Source of the DNA: Octopus vulgaris
Taxonomy: Eukaryota
Assembly: GCA_951406725.2 (NCBI GenBank)
Contig: OX597820.1
Coordinates: 101,742,001 to 101,806,000 of the forward strand
Direction of reading: 5' to 3'
Length of the DNA stretch: 64,000 bases
Translations under genes and position numbers: made by a program
Notes under the pieces: generated by a model
What the model was told of the DNA's origin: nothing
Seen by the model: only the letters and a program-made list of their open reading frames with translations
Databases searched by the model: none
Part shown: piece by piece, positions 13,640-25,212 of the stretch
How the letters are laid out: every line of letters starts with the position of its first letter
Position numbering within the stretch: position 1 is the stretch's first letter

Positions 13640-13844
13640 TATCTATAAAATAATATGTTACAATTATTCAATAGTCAAGATAAAACTCTGAGTTTCAGAT
13701 GCCGAAGTGGAAAGCCAAACACCATCTCTCCAGTTATCTGGCCAGATAACCGAAGAGATGGTGTTGTGGTTTTCCACTTCGGCATCTGAAACTCAGAGTT
13801 TTATCTTGACTATTGAATAATTGTAACATATTATTTTATAGATA
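13640..13844. repeat. Near-perfect ~205-bp palindrome embedded in (TA)n, carrying mirrored hammerhead-like motifs
   Basis: Arms of about 100 bp centred on ctgg|ccag at 13741/13742. Confidence 0.9.
13744..13806 (+). ncRNA. Type I hammerhead-like motif with variant CCGAAGA core
   Basis: agataa-CCGAAGA-gatg...catc-t-GAAAC-tcaga-GTT-ttatct; 6-bp stem I; mirror copy on minus strand 13678-13739 has a CTGGAGA core. Confidence 0.55.
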
Positions 13845-13906
13845 AATTTCCTCTATTTACATAATATTGAGGTCTCTTTCTTTCTTTTGTTATCTTACCG
13901 TTTTTA

Positions 13907-13942
<36 letters not shown>

Positions 13943-14075
13943 TTAGAGTTAGGAGATAAGTCCAGGTAGATATAAAGTAAGTCTCAGCAGAAACATGTGT
14001 CAGATATTTTATTTATTTCTTAATGTCTATAAATTATGGATTTTTATAGATATAAGAATAAATAAATAATCAATA

Positions 14076-14489
14076 TACTCTTTTACTCTTTTACTTGTTC
14101 CAGTCATTTGACTGTGGCCATGCTGGGGCACCGCCTTTAGTCGAGTAAATCAACCCCAGGACTTATTCTTTGTAAGCCTAGCACTTATTCTATCGGATCT
14201 CTTTTGACGAACCACTAAGTTACGGAGTTGTAAACACACCAGCATCGGTTGTCAAGCGATGTTGGGGGGACAAACACACAAACACACACACACACATGCA
14301 CTCACATGCACACACACACACATATACGATGGGCTTCTTTCAGTTTCTGTCTACCAAATCCACTCACAATGCTTTGGTCAACCCTAGGCTATAGTAAAAG
14401 AAACTTGCCCAAGGTACCATGCAGTGGAACTGAACCCAGAACCATGTGGTTGGTAAGCAAGCTACTTACCACACAGCTACTTCTGTGCC
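14076..14489 (-). mobile_element. SINE family A
   Basis: Near full-length copy. Confidence 0.85.
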
Positions 14490-14499
14490 TATATCTATA

Positions 14500-14883
14500 T
14501 CTCTCTCTATATAAACGGCAGTTTGTCTGTGCGTGTTTCTGTGTGTCTGTTTGCTTGTACCCTCACCCTGACCACGGCTTTCAACCGATTCTGATGAAAC
14601 TTGACACACACATAGCCCAATGTCATAATTCAAAACTAACGCAGCGAAAATTTTGAAAAGTTCCCCCAGTTCTGAAAAAATCGATAAATTCGACATGGGG
14701 TCGAGAATCAGAAACACAAACCAAAAACTGTCTAGGGGACGCAACTCCACTTTATTTAAATCTTAAAAATAAATTTACCATCATTTTTTTCCATTTTTTT
14801 GCTATTTTTTGGCTATAAATCTCTAAAAATGCTTTATAGTTATTTCCCTTACAAACCTGAGCAACGCCGGGCGATACTGCTAG
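14500..14883 (+). mobile_element. Non-autonomous Helitron
   Basis: 5' TC..TATATAAA; 3' cctgagcaacgccggg hairpin then CTAG followed by T. Confidence 0.75.
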
Positions 14884-14969
14884 TATATATATAAATACAT
14901 ATATATACATATAAATATTTATAACATTTGTATATCTCTCTTTCTGTGTATTCATACCTGCATACATTC

Positions 14970-15006
<37 letters not shown>

Positions 15007-15045
15007 TAAAAAATGGAGTTAACACAGGTGTAAACAAATATTTTT

Positions 15046-15131
15046 ACTTTCGACACATGTTTCGAAAATTCCACTGATACTATTCAAAAGAATAAATGGT
15101 ATAAACAATGCAATCTTCTCCTCAGGAAAGT
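15046..15131 (-). ncRNA. Type I hammerhead ribozyme motif (canonical)
   Basis: Minus strand: actttc-CTGAGGA-gaagatt...aattttc-GAAAC-atgt-GTC-gaaagt; 6-bp stem I, 7-bp stem II, palindromic acatgt at stem III; within a (TA)n-flanked element of about 15003-15262. Confidence 0.75.
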
Positions 15132-15260
15132 GAAAAAAACGAAACTCGTCAATAAGACATTTTAGCAAAAAACAAGGAGTTACAACACCTTTTTACTGCC
15201 CTGGTAACTATTTATTTATTTTTCCGTGTTAATTGTTAACAAGGTAAAAATACACTCATC

Positions 15261-15297
<37 letters not shown>

Positions 15298-15723
15298 ATA
15301 TATAATCTCTCTCTCTCTTTGAACCACAGCAAAATAACAGAAACAGATGAAACAAAAACAAAAGCAACAATAACAATGCACAGATACAGTATGTTATTTC
15401 ATGTGTTAGTGTTAAACAAAAGGTTTTGAAGGTAACAATTTATATTTAATAGCATAGGTAATATTTACACTATACAGAAGACACATTAACTGGTTCGTTA
15501 GTTGATATTTGAATGTTTATGGTAATTGGTCTTTCAAATTACTCACCAGGTATTGATATTTCAAACTATGAACTAATGGCAAAAGGAACAAACACAAATA
15601 TAAAGAAATATTCCAGTCCATTGAATTTAGTTTGAATTTGGTTTGGTAAAGCATTTATAGAATTTGAATTTTTGATTACGCTGAAGGAATAAAATCATTC
15701 ACATAATTGACCTTATGTCATTG

Positions 15724-15759
<36 letters not shown>

Positions 15760-15958
15760 ACGCGCATATGTGTGTACATGTGTGTGCGTGTGCATAGGTG
15801 TGTTCGTGTGTGTGTGTGCATGCATGTACGCTATATGACACATACTCATGCTCTCTCTCTCTAGTTATACATACATACATAGATGTATATAGGGAGAGAG
15901 AGAGAGAGAGAGAGTTTTCTGTATATATACACAATATATAACTTTATATATGTATATC

Positions 15959-16270
15959 TCTCTATATATATAAATGGCAAAATGTCTGTGTGCGTGTCCT
16001 TTATGCAAATCCACAATTTTTCAGTTAGAGGGTTCACACTTTCTATGGTCATTCAAAACTGTCCAAGGGTGGTCGTGCACATCTTTACATTTCCCCAGTC
16101 ACGCTGCAAAGCCATTAAAAAATCAATAGAAGTGACTTTTTTGTGAATTTTCTATCCAAAATCCAATTAAAATGCCCATAACTTGTTACGCCAATTGAAT
16201 GCCAGAGATTGGTCGGAGATTTGGACAGTACTCGTGTGTATGTGCACACACACACAGCAGTATATGCATG
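15959..16270 (+). mobile_element. Helitron-like 5' fragment
   Basis: tctatatatataaatggcaaaatgtctgt start resembles 14500; truncated by the next element. Confidence 0.5.
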
Positions 16271-16272
16271 CA

Positions 16273-16909
16273 CTAGCAGTATCGCCTGGCGTTGCTCGGG
16301 TTTGTAAGGGAAATAACTATATAAGCATTTTTAGAGAGTTATAGCCAAAAAATAGCAAAAAATGCATTAAAAATGGAAAAAATATGATGGTAAATTTTTT
16401 GAAAAATCGTTGACTCATCGTAGACATTTTTAGAGAGTTACTTCCCTTATATAATAGCGAAAAAATGCATTAAAATGGAAAAAAAACGATGGTAAATTTT
16501 TTTTTAAATCGTAGACTCATGTAGACGCTTTCTTAGCCATTTCTGTTTTGGTGTCTTCAAGCCATGAAGTCGTTGTTCTAAAAGAACGCTGGTCTCCTTG
16601 ACAACGCATTACGACGTTGATTTTCTTACACTCCCTTCCCCACAGGTGCAGGTGTGAGCGTGGATGCCAACTCCGCCGCCATCGACACACGAAAAATTAT
16701 GCATTAAAATGGAATAAAAAATTATGTTAAATTATTTTTAAAATCGTAGACTCATCGTAGACGCGCGCTAATACTCAGACGGGCTCGATATGAATCACGA
16801 CTATAAGCTACCCGAATTTGGTTAAACTGCACCGCAAAATGTGGGAGTAGTTAGGAATCTAAATCGAAGGGGACAGACACTCACACAACTACAGTTTTAT
16901 ATATATAGA
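16273..16909 (-). mobile_element. Non-autonomous Helitron with internal ~110-bp repeated segments
   Basis: Minus strand 5' TCTATATATATAAAAC; 3' cccgagcaacgccagg...CTAG|T; internal repeats of gcattaaaatgg...gtagac. Confidence 0.75.
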
Positions 16910-16914
16910 TATAC

Positions 16915-17200
16915 ATAGCGCAGTAGTGGTGAGATGTGACAGCAAAGAAAAGCATACATTCACTCTCTGCATGCAATTAGACTCGGAAAGTTCGTGAGGA
17001 ACCCATTGACCCAATTTGCTGACTTTTCCGATAGCACACAGGTCTCAATGAATGGTTGAATGACCAAATCCAAGCTTCTCTGCTAGTTCCTCAACAGTTA
17101 CGATGAGATTTTGTTCCACCAGGGTTTTCAGGATGTCCTTGTCGAGTTCTACAGATCTTTCAGGATGAGGCTCGTCTTCTAGGCTGTTCCAATATAGCTT
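16915..17200 (-). mobile_element. Mariner transposase N-terminal remnant
   Basis: SLEDEPHPERS...TVEELAEKLGFGHSTIH*DL...KLGQWVPHELSE contains the WVPHEL motif and an in-frame stop. Confidence 0.9.
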
Positions 17201-17368
17201 TGAAAAAAATAGCTGTTAAAATCGAAATGCACTCTTCAAAACTTGCACTATGAATAAGGACAAGATGAAATTACTACCTGCTTTTATAGCAAGTTAATAT
17301 AAGTAGTTTATCCCATTCCCCTCTGACTTTTAGTTCAAGCTGTTGAAAAAACCGCATTATTATATATA

Positions 17369-17575
17369 CATGGCCCAGTGGTTAGGGCAGCGGACTTGCG
17401 GTCGTAGGATCTCGGTTTCGATTCCCAGACCGGGCGTTGTGTGTGTTTATTGAGCGAAAACACCTAAAAGCTCCACGAGGCTCCGGCAGGTGATGGTGGT
17501 GATCCCTGCTGTACTCTTTCACCACTCTAAAGGCGGTGCTCCAGCATGGCCGCAGTCAAATGACTGAAACAAGTA
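17369..17575 (+). mobile_element. SINE-C 5' part fused to a SINE-A 3' end
   Basis: tRNA-like head catggcccagtggttagggcagcggac...gttcgattcc; SINE-A tail from about 17528. Confidence 0.65.
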
Positions 17576-17899
17576 CAAAAAAAAAAAAAAAAAAAAAAAT
17601 ACATACATACATACATACATACATACATACATACATACATACATACATACACACACACTCTCTCTCTCACACACATGCACACATTTATATTCTGTTATTC
17701 TTTTATATGTTTCAGCCTTGATGTTGTGGCCATGCTGGATCATGTGTGTGTGTGTGTGTGTGTCTATCTGTCTGTCTGTCTGTATGTATATATGTATATG
17801 TATGTGTGTGAACAATAATATTTTCAACAGATGTGTTGCAAATGTATCTGATTAACTATCTCTGGCTATTTACTCTCTTCCAAGAACATTTTCACTCAC

Positions 17900-18242
17900 A
17901 CTTATGTGTTAGCTTCCCATACATTTTACTCATGTATCTATCAGCGTGATAGAGAGAAACAAATATTACATCTAGTTTCACTTTATTCGTTGCCCACTGT
18001 GTGTGTGCATTTGCGTGTGGTGTAAACCAGACTAAGAAAAGCATTTGACACACACACCAGAATGTGAGTTTTCTGTAAATTTTGCTTAATTTGAGTTTAA
18101 ATTTTAAAAACTGGACCTGGCATGACGCGATGCATTGTACTCTCAAAAATGCTAGGTAAATTGTAATTGAAGAAATCCTATATTGTAGATTTGTATAACT
18201 CCCAAAGGGAGGCAGATAAAATCTGCCTTTTATAATAAGAGA
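17900..18242 (-). mobile_element. Probable Helitron-like fragment
   Basis: Minus strand 5' TCTCTTATTATAAAAGGCAG; no 3' CTAG hairpin found. Confidence 0.35.
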
Positions 18243-18724
18243 TATATATATATATATAGTTGAAATTTATAGATACTTTCATACATTTTTTTTTTTTTTC
18301 AAATTTATTTGTCTACTCCTGAATTGTTTCATAAAAAATAAAATAGAGTAAGATGAAATTCAATAACCTGAATGGATGATTCAGCCTTTATTTCTAGCAA
18401 CAGATATTCCCCAATTTACAAGACACAACCTAACCAGTTTAGGTAGCAAACATTCAGGGATGATTATAAGTGTATATCATTCCTATCAATATAACCACTT
18501 GTTATTATAGGTGGATCCTCTATTTGAAATCTGAAAGTGTATCACAAATGTGTGAGTATATATTTATGTGGGCATGGCTGTGTGATGATAAGAAATTTGC
18601 TTCCCAACCACGTGGTTCTGGGTTCAGTCCTGGCACCTTGGGTAAGTGTCTTCTACTATAGCCTCAGGCCAACCAAAGCCTTGTGAGTGGATTAGGTAGA
18701 TGGAAACTGGAAGAAGTCAATCGT

Positions 18725-19135
18725 GTTATGGATTCAGTCTGCCCCTCTGGCGAATCCCTGACATGTCATGTAATGTTATGGATTTGCCCTGCCCCTCTGG
18801 CGAATCCGACATGTCGTAATGTTATGGGCTTGCTCTGCCCCTCTGGCGAATCTCCGACATGTCATGTAATGTTATGGATCGGTCCTGCCCCTCTGGCAAA
18901 TGACATGTCATGTAATGTTATGGTTTGGGTCTGCCCCTCTGGCAAATCTGACATGTCACGTAATGTTATGGGTTGGCCCTGCCCCTCTGGCAAATCCCTA
19001 ACATGTTATGGGCTGGCTCTGCCCCTCTGGCGAATCTCTGACATGTCATGAAATGTTATGGGTTGGGTCTGCCCCTCTGGCGAATCTGACATGTCATGCA
19101 ATGTTATGGATTGGCCCTGCTCTGGCAAATCCCCC
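18725..19135. repeat. Minisatellite, 9 copies of a 40-50 bp unit
   Basis: Unit about gttatggattggccctgcccctctggcgaatccctgacatgtcatgtaat, starting at 18725, 18775, 18821, 18871, 18917, 18965, 19005, 19055, 19103. Confidence 0.95.
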
Positions 19136-19144
19136 CCCGTGTCG

Positions 19145-19910
19145 TGTCTTTTTGGCATTGAACTGATGAGCTTTGTGGAATTTCTGCCCACTTTTCATGT
19201 AACAATCAAAAGAATTCACCTTTAGCTTAAGGTTTCTGTCGAGTTTTTCCTAAAGCTCTATCTCATATACTCCAAAGATTTTCAATTGGGTTCATGTCAA
19301 GAGATTGGTTGGGCCAAGTAAGCTTTTTCATCTCATTTTCAGTCAGTCATTGTTGATTCCTTTTCACTGTATGGCATGGAGCCCCATTTTCCATGAATAA
19401 AAACTCATTTTTCGTTATGGTACTATGTGAATACATTGGAAGTAGTCCTTGCTTAAGTATTTGAATGTATTTTGCAGAGTTTATGGTTCCAACACATTCA
19501 ATCAGCTCAGAACGGCCATTACTGGTGACAGCTCCCCATACCATCACAGAGATACCACCATGTTTCACAGTTGGTTGGAGTTGTCTCAAATCAAATTCTG
19601 GATTGGGAAGCCTCCAGACCCAAACGAGTCTACTGTCTGAAAATAATGCAAATCTGGGTTCATCTGAGAAAATCACTCTATCTTAAAATGAACTGGATTT
19701 CTCTGGCATCTCCGCATTTCTTTCTTTTCATGATATCAATTGGTTGAAGGAGAGGTTTTCTTCTAGCGGCTCTTTCATAATATCCAAGCTTATGCAGATA
19801 TGTAACACACGTTCTTGGACTAACTTCTAGCTGTTTTGCAATATCAGAAGCCTTTGAATGGGGTTTGATTTTCACAATTCTCTTCAAACAGTGAAGCTGC
19901 CTTTCCAAGG
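19145..19910 (-). mobile_element. Tc1 transposase remnant
   Basis: ARRKPLL, IFSDE.RF, PTVKHGG.SVMVWG, F-ENGAPCH and a downstream WP.QS.DMNPIEN-like segment; frameshifted. Confidence 0.9.
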
Positions 19911-21056
19911 GCCCAGGTCAGCTGGGACAAGAATCTGTTGATTCTTTCTTTGGCTTTTGAATTGGGTGTGCTGAAAGTGTAGCTGCTAGAATAAGAATAG
20001 CCTGGGCAAAGTTCAGAGAGCTCTTACCTCTGCTAGTGACAAAGGGCCTCTCACTCAGAGTAAAAGGCAGACTGTATGACGCATGTGTACGAAAAGCCAT
20101 GCTACATAGCAGTGAAACATGGGCCGTGACTGCTGAGGACATGTGTAAGCTCTCAAGGAATGAAGCCAGTATGATCCGATGGTTGTGTAATGTCAGTGTG
20201 CATACTCGACAGAGTGTAAGTACCTTGAGAGAAAAGTTGGACCTAAGAAGCATCAGATGTAGTGTGCAAGAGAGACAACTGCGCTGGTATGGTCATGTGG
20301 CGAGAATGGATGACGATACCTGTTTGAAAAAGTGCCACACCCTAGCAGTTGAGGGAACCTGTGGAAGAGGTAGATCCAAGAAGATCTGGGATGAACATTA
20401 GGTCTCACCAAGACAATGATGAGTGACTGAGACTTTTGGAAATATGCTGTGCTTGAGAAGACCCAGCAAGCCAAGTGAGACCATAACCTCGCGGCCTATG
20501 CCAGGGGTGTAACCAGCCTACTTATGCGTACCTTTCCTTCGTTGGACACTAAACTCTGCATGGGAAGACCTGTTGAGGCAAGTGAAATTGAAATCGAAAT
20601 CAAATTCGATGACTGGCATCCATGCTAGTGGAGTGCTAAGAGCACCATCTGAGCTTGATCATTGCCAGAGTGGCTAACTGGCTTCAATGCTGGTGGCATG
20701 TAAAAAGCACCATTTGAGCGTGATCGTTACCAGCGTCGCCTTACTGGCACCTGAAAATCTTTCGAGTGAGGTCGTTGCCAGTGCCACTGGACTGGCTCCT
20801 GTGCAGGTGGCACATAAAAAAGCACCATTTGAGTGTGGCCATTGCCAGTACCACCTGACTGGCCCTCATGCCGGTGGCACGTAAAAACACCCACTACACT
20901 CATGGAGTGGTTGGCGTTAGGAAGGGCATCCAGCTGTAGAAACACTGCCAGATTATGACTGGAGCTTGGTGCAGCCATCTGGTTCGCCAGTCCTCAGTCA
21001 AATCGTCCAACCCATGCTAGCATGGAAAGCGGACGTTAAACGATGATGATGATGAG
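19911..21056 (+). mobile_element. 5'-truncated RTE LINE (ORF2 C-terminus, 3' UTR, (GAT)n tail)
   Basis: ARIRIAWAKFRELLPLL, GRLYDACVR.AMLH.SETW, RQLRWYGHVARM, GRGR; tail cgttaaacgatgatgat. Confidence 0.9.
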
Positions 21057-21135
21057 AAGGATGAGGATATAGCTATATATATACTTTCATACATATGCAT
21101 ACATATATGAATGTACATATGTATATGTATATATG

Positions 21136-21194
<59 letters not shown>

Positions 21195-21261
21195 GTGTGT
21201 ATATATATATATATATATGTGTGTGTATATATATATATATATATATGTATGTATATGTATA

Positions 21262-21303
<42 letters not shown>

Positions 21304-21768
21304 CATATATACATACATACATATATATATTATAGCAATGTGAATATATGATGAAAAATGTATATGAATAATGCAATAAACCAACAAACACTTTCTATCT
21401 TGGATATATATATGCACATATAACAGTGACTTACACTATGCACACACACACACACACATACACACACACATATATAAAAGTGCATGCATCTGTAGATGAA
21501 ATTTGCTCACACTGTTAAAAAGCACGAAGAGCACAGAAATCAATGACAAAGAACAATGCTTGATACAGCCATTGCAAAACAATTGAAAACATGTTCGGTG
21601 CAAATTTAGAATTGAGCCTAATTGGTAGAAATTCTGAGAAAATTTGATTATATCCTTCAGAGAGAAAATTTTAAGAAAGTACAGATATCTTTATATGTTT
21701 TCACACTCATTCATTCACATGTGTGCTCACATACACACACACACACACACCTACACAAACATATGTGA

Positions 21769-22075
21769 AGGCACATGGCTCAGTGGTTAGAGGCTAGAGC
21801 TCACAATCATGGGGTAGCGAGTTCGATTCCTGGACTAAGCTCCGTGTTGTGTTCTTGAGCAAGACACTTAATTTCACATTGCTCCAGTTCACTCAGGTGT
21901 AGAAATGAGTTGTGCCATCACCTGGTGCCAAGCTGTATCAGCCTTTGCCTTTCTCTTGGATAACACAGATGGCGTGGAGAGGAGAGGGTGGTATGCATGG
22001 GTGATTGTTGGTCTTTGATAAACAATCTTGCCCAGACTTGTGCCTCAGAGGGGAAATTTCTTAGTGGGTCTTTAC
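21769..22075 (+). mobile_element. SINE family C
   Basis: ggcacatggctcagtggttagag...gagttcgattcc head. Confidence 0.8.
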
Positions 22076-22232
22076 CTTTTACCCAATATATATATGTGTG
22101 TGTGCGTGTATATATATATATATACATAAGATACATATATAGGGTAGTGAATATTCGTTATAAATATCACTACCAGTTGTCTAACATGTATAAATAGTCA
22201 ATAGACAACATATTCATAAGTTAGTTATTGAG

Positions 22233-22348
22233 GTCGGTTACTGACGAGAAATTTGCCTTGCAATAATATTGTTTTGCTAAATTACCTATTAAAGGATGGC
22301 AAATAATATTGTTTGCTAAAGAAGTTTCGAAACCATAGTATAACCGAT
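22233..22348 (+). ncRNA. Type I hammerhead ribozyme motif (canonical)
   Basis: gtcggtta-CTGACGA-gaaattt...aagtttc-GAAAC-cata-GTA-taaccgat; 7-8 bp stem I; within a (TA)n-flanked element of about 22140-22500. Confidence 0.75.
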
Positions 22349-22540
22349 AATAAATAACAAAGTAAAAGTTTTTATTTTTCAATCCCTTCGAAAATTACTA
22401 TTAAATCATGGTTTTGGCTGTGTTGGGTGCTATTTCTAGCATGTAAAAATTACCTGTTGAAAGGTAGTTTTCTCTTGTGTTTAAATGTACACTTTTTAAA
22501 TATATATATATATATGTGTGTGTGTGTGTATGTATGTATA

Positions 22541-22592
<52 letters not shown>

Positions 22593-22595
<3 letters not shown>

Positions 22596-22800
22596 GGAGT
22601 AAACACATAAATGTGAAACAAGGTGGAAAAAAAGAGTACTCAAATACTAGGGGTAGAGTAATATGCTTTATTTAAAAGCAGCAGAAATTCAACAAAACCT
22701 GTTACTCAGAGTTTCACGTACCTGTCCTGTCCGACGAACGAGAATGTGAAACTCCGAGTAACAGGTTTTGTTGAATTTCTGCTGCTTTTAAATAAAGTAT
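22593..22800. mobile_element. Short Penelope-like fold-back element in (TA)n
   Basis: Inverted arms about 22663-22717 and 22746-22800; a partial antisense copy of its 5' part lies at about 59745-59810. Confidence 0.65.
22726..22765 (+). ncRNA. Minimal type I hammerhead-like motif with variant CCGACGA core
   Basis: cctgt-CCGACGA-acg-agaa-tgt-GAAAC-tccga-GTA-acagg. Confidence 0.55.
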
Positions 22801-23015
22801 ATATATATATATATGTATGTATATATGTGTGTGTACACACACACACACGCATATATATGCTAATGTTTGCTTTTATGTGGAATTATAATAAAAACACAGT
22901 TTTATATGAAACTGAAGGTTTAGTCGATACTTTTTGTAGAGTACATGCTTGTTATTCTTTTACAAGAACAGAGTTGACACTCATGAGCTTGAAGACTAAG
23001 CAGGCTGAAACTATA

Positions 23016-23104
<89 letters not shown>

Positions 23105-23149
23105 CACAAATAATTATATATGTGGATGTATATATATACGTATATATAT

Positions 23150-23360
23150 ATCGAAATTGAACCAAATTCGATGACTGGCATGTGAAAGCACCCACTACAC
23201 TCTTAGAGTTGTTGGCGTTAGGAAGGGCATCCAGCTGTAGAAACACTGCCAGATCAGATTGGAGCCTGGTGCAGCCATCTGGTTCACCAGTCCTCAGTCA
23301 AATCGTCCAACCCATGCTAGCATGGAAAGCGGATGTTAAATGAAGATGATGATGATGATG
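23150..23360 (+). mobile_element. RTE LINE 3' end
   Basis: Matches the 3' UTR at 20880-21056 with (GAT)n tail. Confidence 0.85.
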
Positions 23361-23382
23361 TGTGTGAGTGTGCATGATTATT

Positions 23383-23740
23383 TCTATATCTGCCTTAGTA
23401 AACAGAAGTTGTTAAACCACAACATAGGTTCGCCTGAAGCCATCTAAAATGGTGAAATATCTCCTTTTTCTTTTCTGATCTCATTTGAAGGAAGTCATGT
23501 CTTCTATAGAATTTTTATAAATGAAAGAAACCACAATCCAGGAATACAAAAGTTGTCATCAAATATTTGTAATGGAACAGTGAAAAGAAGTTAAATATTG
23601 TTGGACGCCAGAAACATTATCATTAACAGTTATTATATAGCAATAAAATTCCAAAGAAGAAAAGAAAACATTCAGATGAATCTTTATTTTGACCAGAGAA
23701 TGGTAATGAAAAAGTATTGCGATATTTGAGTTTTATCCTT
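23383..23740 (+). repeat. Copy 1 of a ~350-bp diverged direct repeat (copy 2 at 31925-32277)
   Basis: Shared blocks such as aaaagttgtcatcaaatatttgtaa and tttataaatgaaagaaac. Confidence 0.85.
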
Positions 23741-23908
23741 ATTGTAATTCTTATTGTAAAGTGGATGGATGACAATCCAAACAAACACTTGTTGAAAGAC
23801 TAAATGAAATAGAGATAGTGAGACTTGCCCTGGTAATTTTGATCAGTATATAATCTCTCAGTTCTCTCCCTTCTTACTCTATTCATGAACTATTAATATT
23901 CTCTCTCT

Positions 23909-24121
23909 CTTTTACTCTTTTACTTGTTTCAGTCATTTGACTGCGGCCATGCCGGAGCACCGCCTTTAGTCGAGCTTATTGACCCCAGGACTTATTATTT
24001 GTAAGCCCAGTACTTATCCTAACGGTCTCTTTTGCCAAACCGCTAAGTGACGGGGACGTAAACACACCAGCATCGGTTGTCAAGCAATGCTAGGGGGACA
24101 AACACAGACACACAAACATAT

Positions 24122-24156
<35 letters not shown>

Positions 24157-24322
24157 CATATATACAACAGGCTTCTTTCAGTTTCCATCTACCAAATCCA
24201 CTCACAAGGCATTGGTCAGCCTGGGGCTGTAGCAGAAGACACTTACCCAAGGTGCCACGCAGTGGGACTGAACCCGGAGTGGTTGGTAAGCAAGCTACTT
24301 ACCACACAGCCACTCCTGCGCC
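23909..24322 (-). mobile_element. SINE family A
   Basis: Near full-length copy. Confidence 0.85.
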
Positions 24323-24431
24323 TATGATGAAAATAAAATAAAGACTCTATGAATACGTCTTAAATTGTAAAGTTTTTTTTCTATATAAAAATTGTGTAGC
24401 CTTGTTTGATTTAGAATAATTTATTTGCCTC

Positions 24432-24604
24432 AGGCACAGACGTGGCTGTGTGGTAACAAGATTGCTTCCCAACCACATGGTTCTGAGTTCAGTACCATTG
24501 TGCAGCACATTGGGTACATATTTTCTATTATAGCCTCCAGCTAACCAAAGCCTTGTGAGTGGATTTGATATATGGAAACTGAAAGAAACCCATTGTATAC
24601 ATGT

Positions 24605-24646
<42 letters not shown>

Positions 24647-24790
24647 ACATTTGTCTCTTGGTGCCACTTGACAAGCAGTGTTGGTATGTTTATGTCCCCA
24701 TAATTTAATGGCTTGGCAAAAAAAAAAAAAAAACACAGTAGAATAAGTACCAGACTTTAAAAAAAGTACTGGGATTGATTTATTTGAGTT
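24432..24790 (+). mobile_element. SINE family A
   Basis: Head-to-head with the preceding copy. Confidence 0.8.
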
Positions 24791-24907
24791 AAACTTTGAT
24801 TTAAACTTCCGAATCTGTCTTAACATAATCAAAGAAGGGATGTCTCTTCTATGATAGTTGACCACCGGGGGCATACCACATGTAGTGGAAAGCTATTACA
24901 TTCTATA

Positions 24908-25212
24908 CAAGCAGTATCGCCCGGCGTTGCTCAGGTTTGTAAGGGAAATAACTATATAAGCATTTTTTGAGAGTTACTTTCCTTATATAAACCGAGAAAA
25001 AAATGCATTAAAAAAACTAAAAAATGATGGTAAATTTTTTTTTAAATCATAGACTCAGCGTAGACACGTGCTAATATCCAGAAGGGCTCGATATGAATCA
25101 CGACTATAAGATACCCGCTTTTGGTTAAACTGCACCGCAAAATGTGGGAGTAGTTATGAATCTAAATCGGAGGAGACAGACTCTCACACAACTTCAGTTT
25201 TATATATAAAGA
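24908..25212 (-). mobile_element. Non-autonomous Helitron
   Basis: Closely matches the reverse complement of 58931-59238; 3' CTTG variant end. Confidence 0.75.

Noticed and set aside
15547-15565. Minus-strand micro-exon candidate (tag|tttgaaatatcaatacctg|gtgagt)
   Set aside because: Splice-like sites only; expected by chance in AT-rich DNA
18725-19135. CRISPR-like appearance of the regularly spaced repeat
   Set aside because: No unique spacers, no cas genes, eukaryotic context; it is a minisatellite
21769-21840. tRNA genes at SINE heads
   Set aside because: A/B boxes are present but there is no complete cloverleaf and each continues into a SINE body
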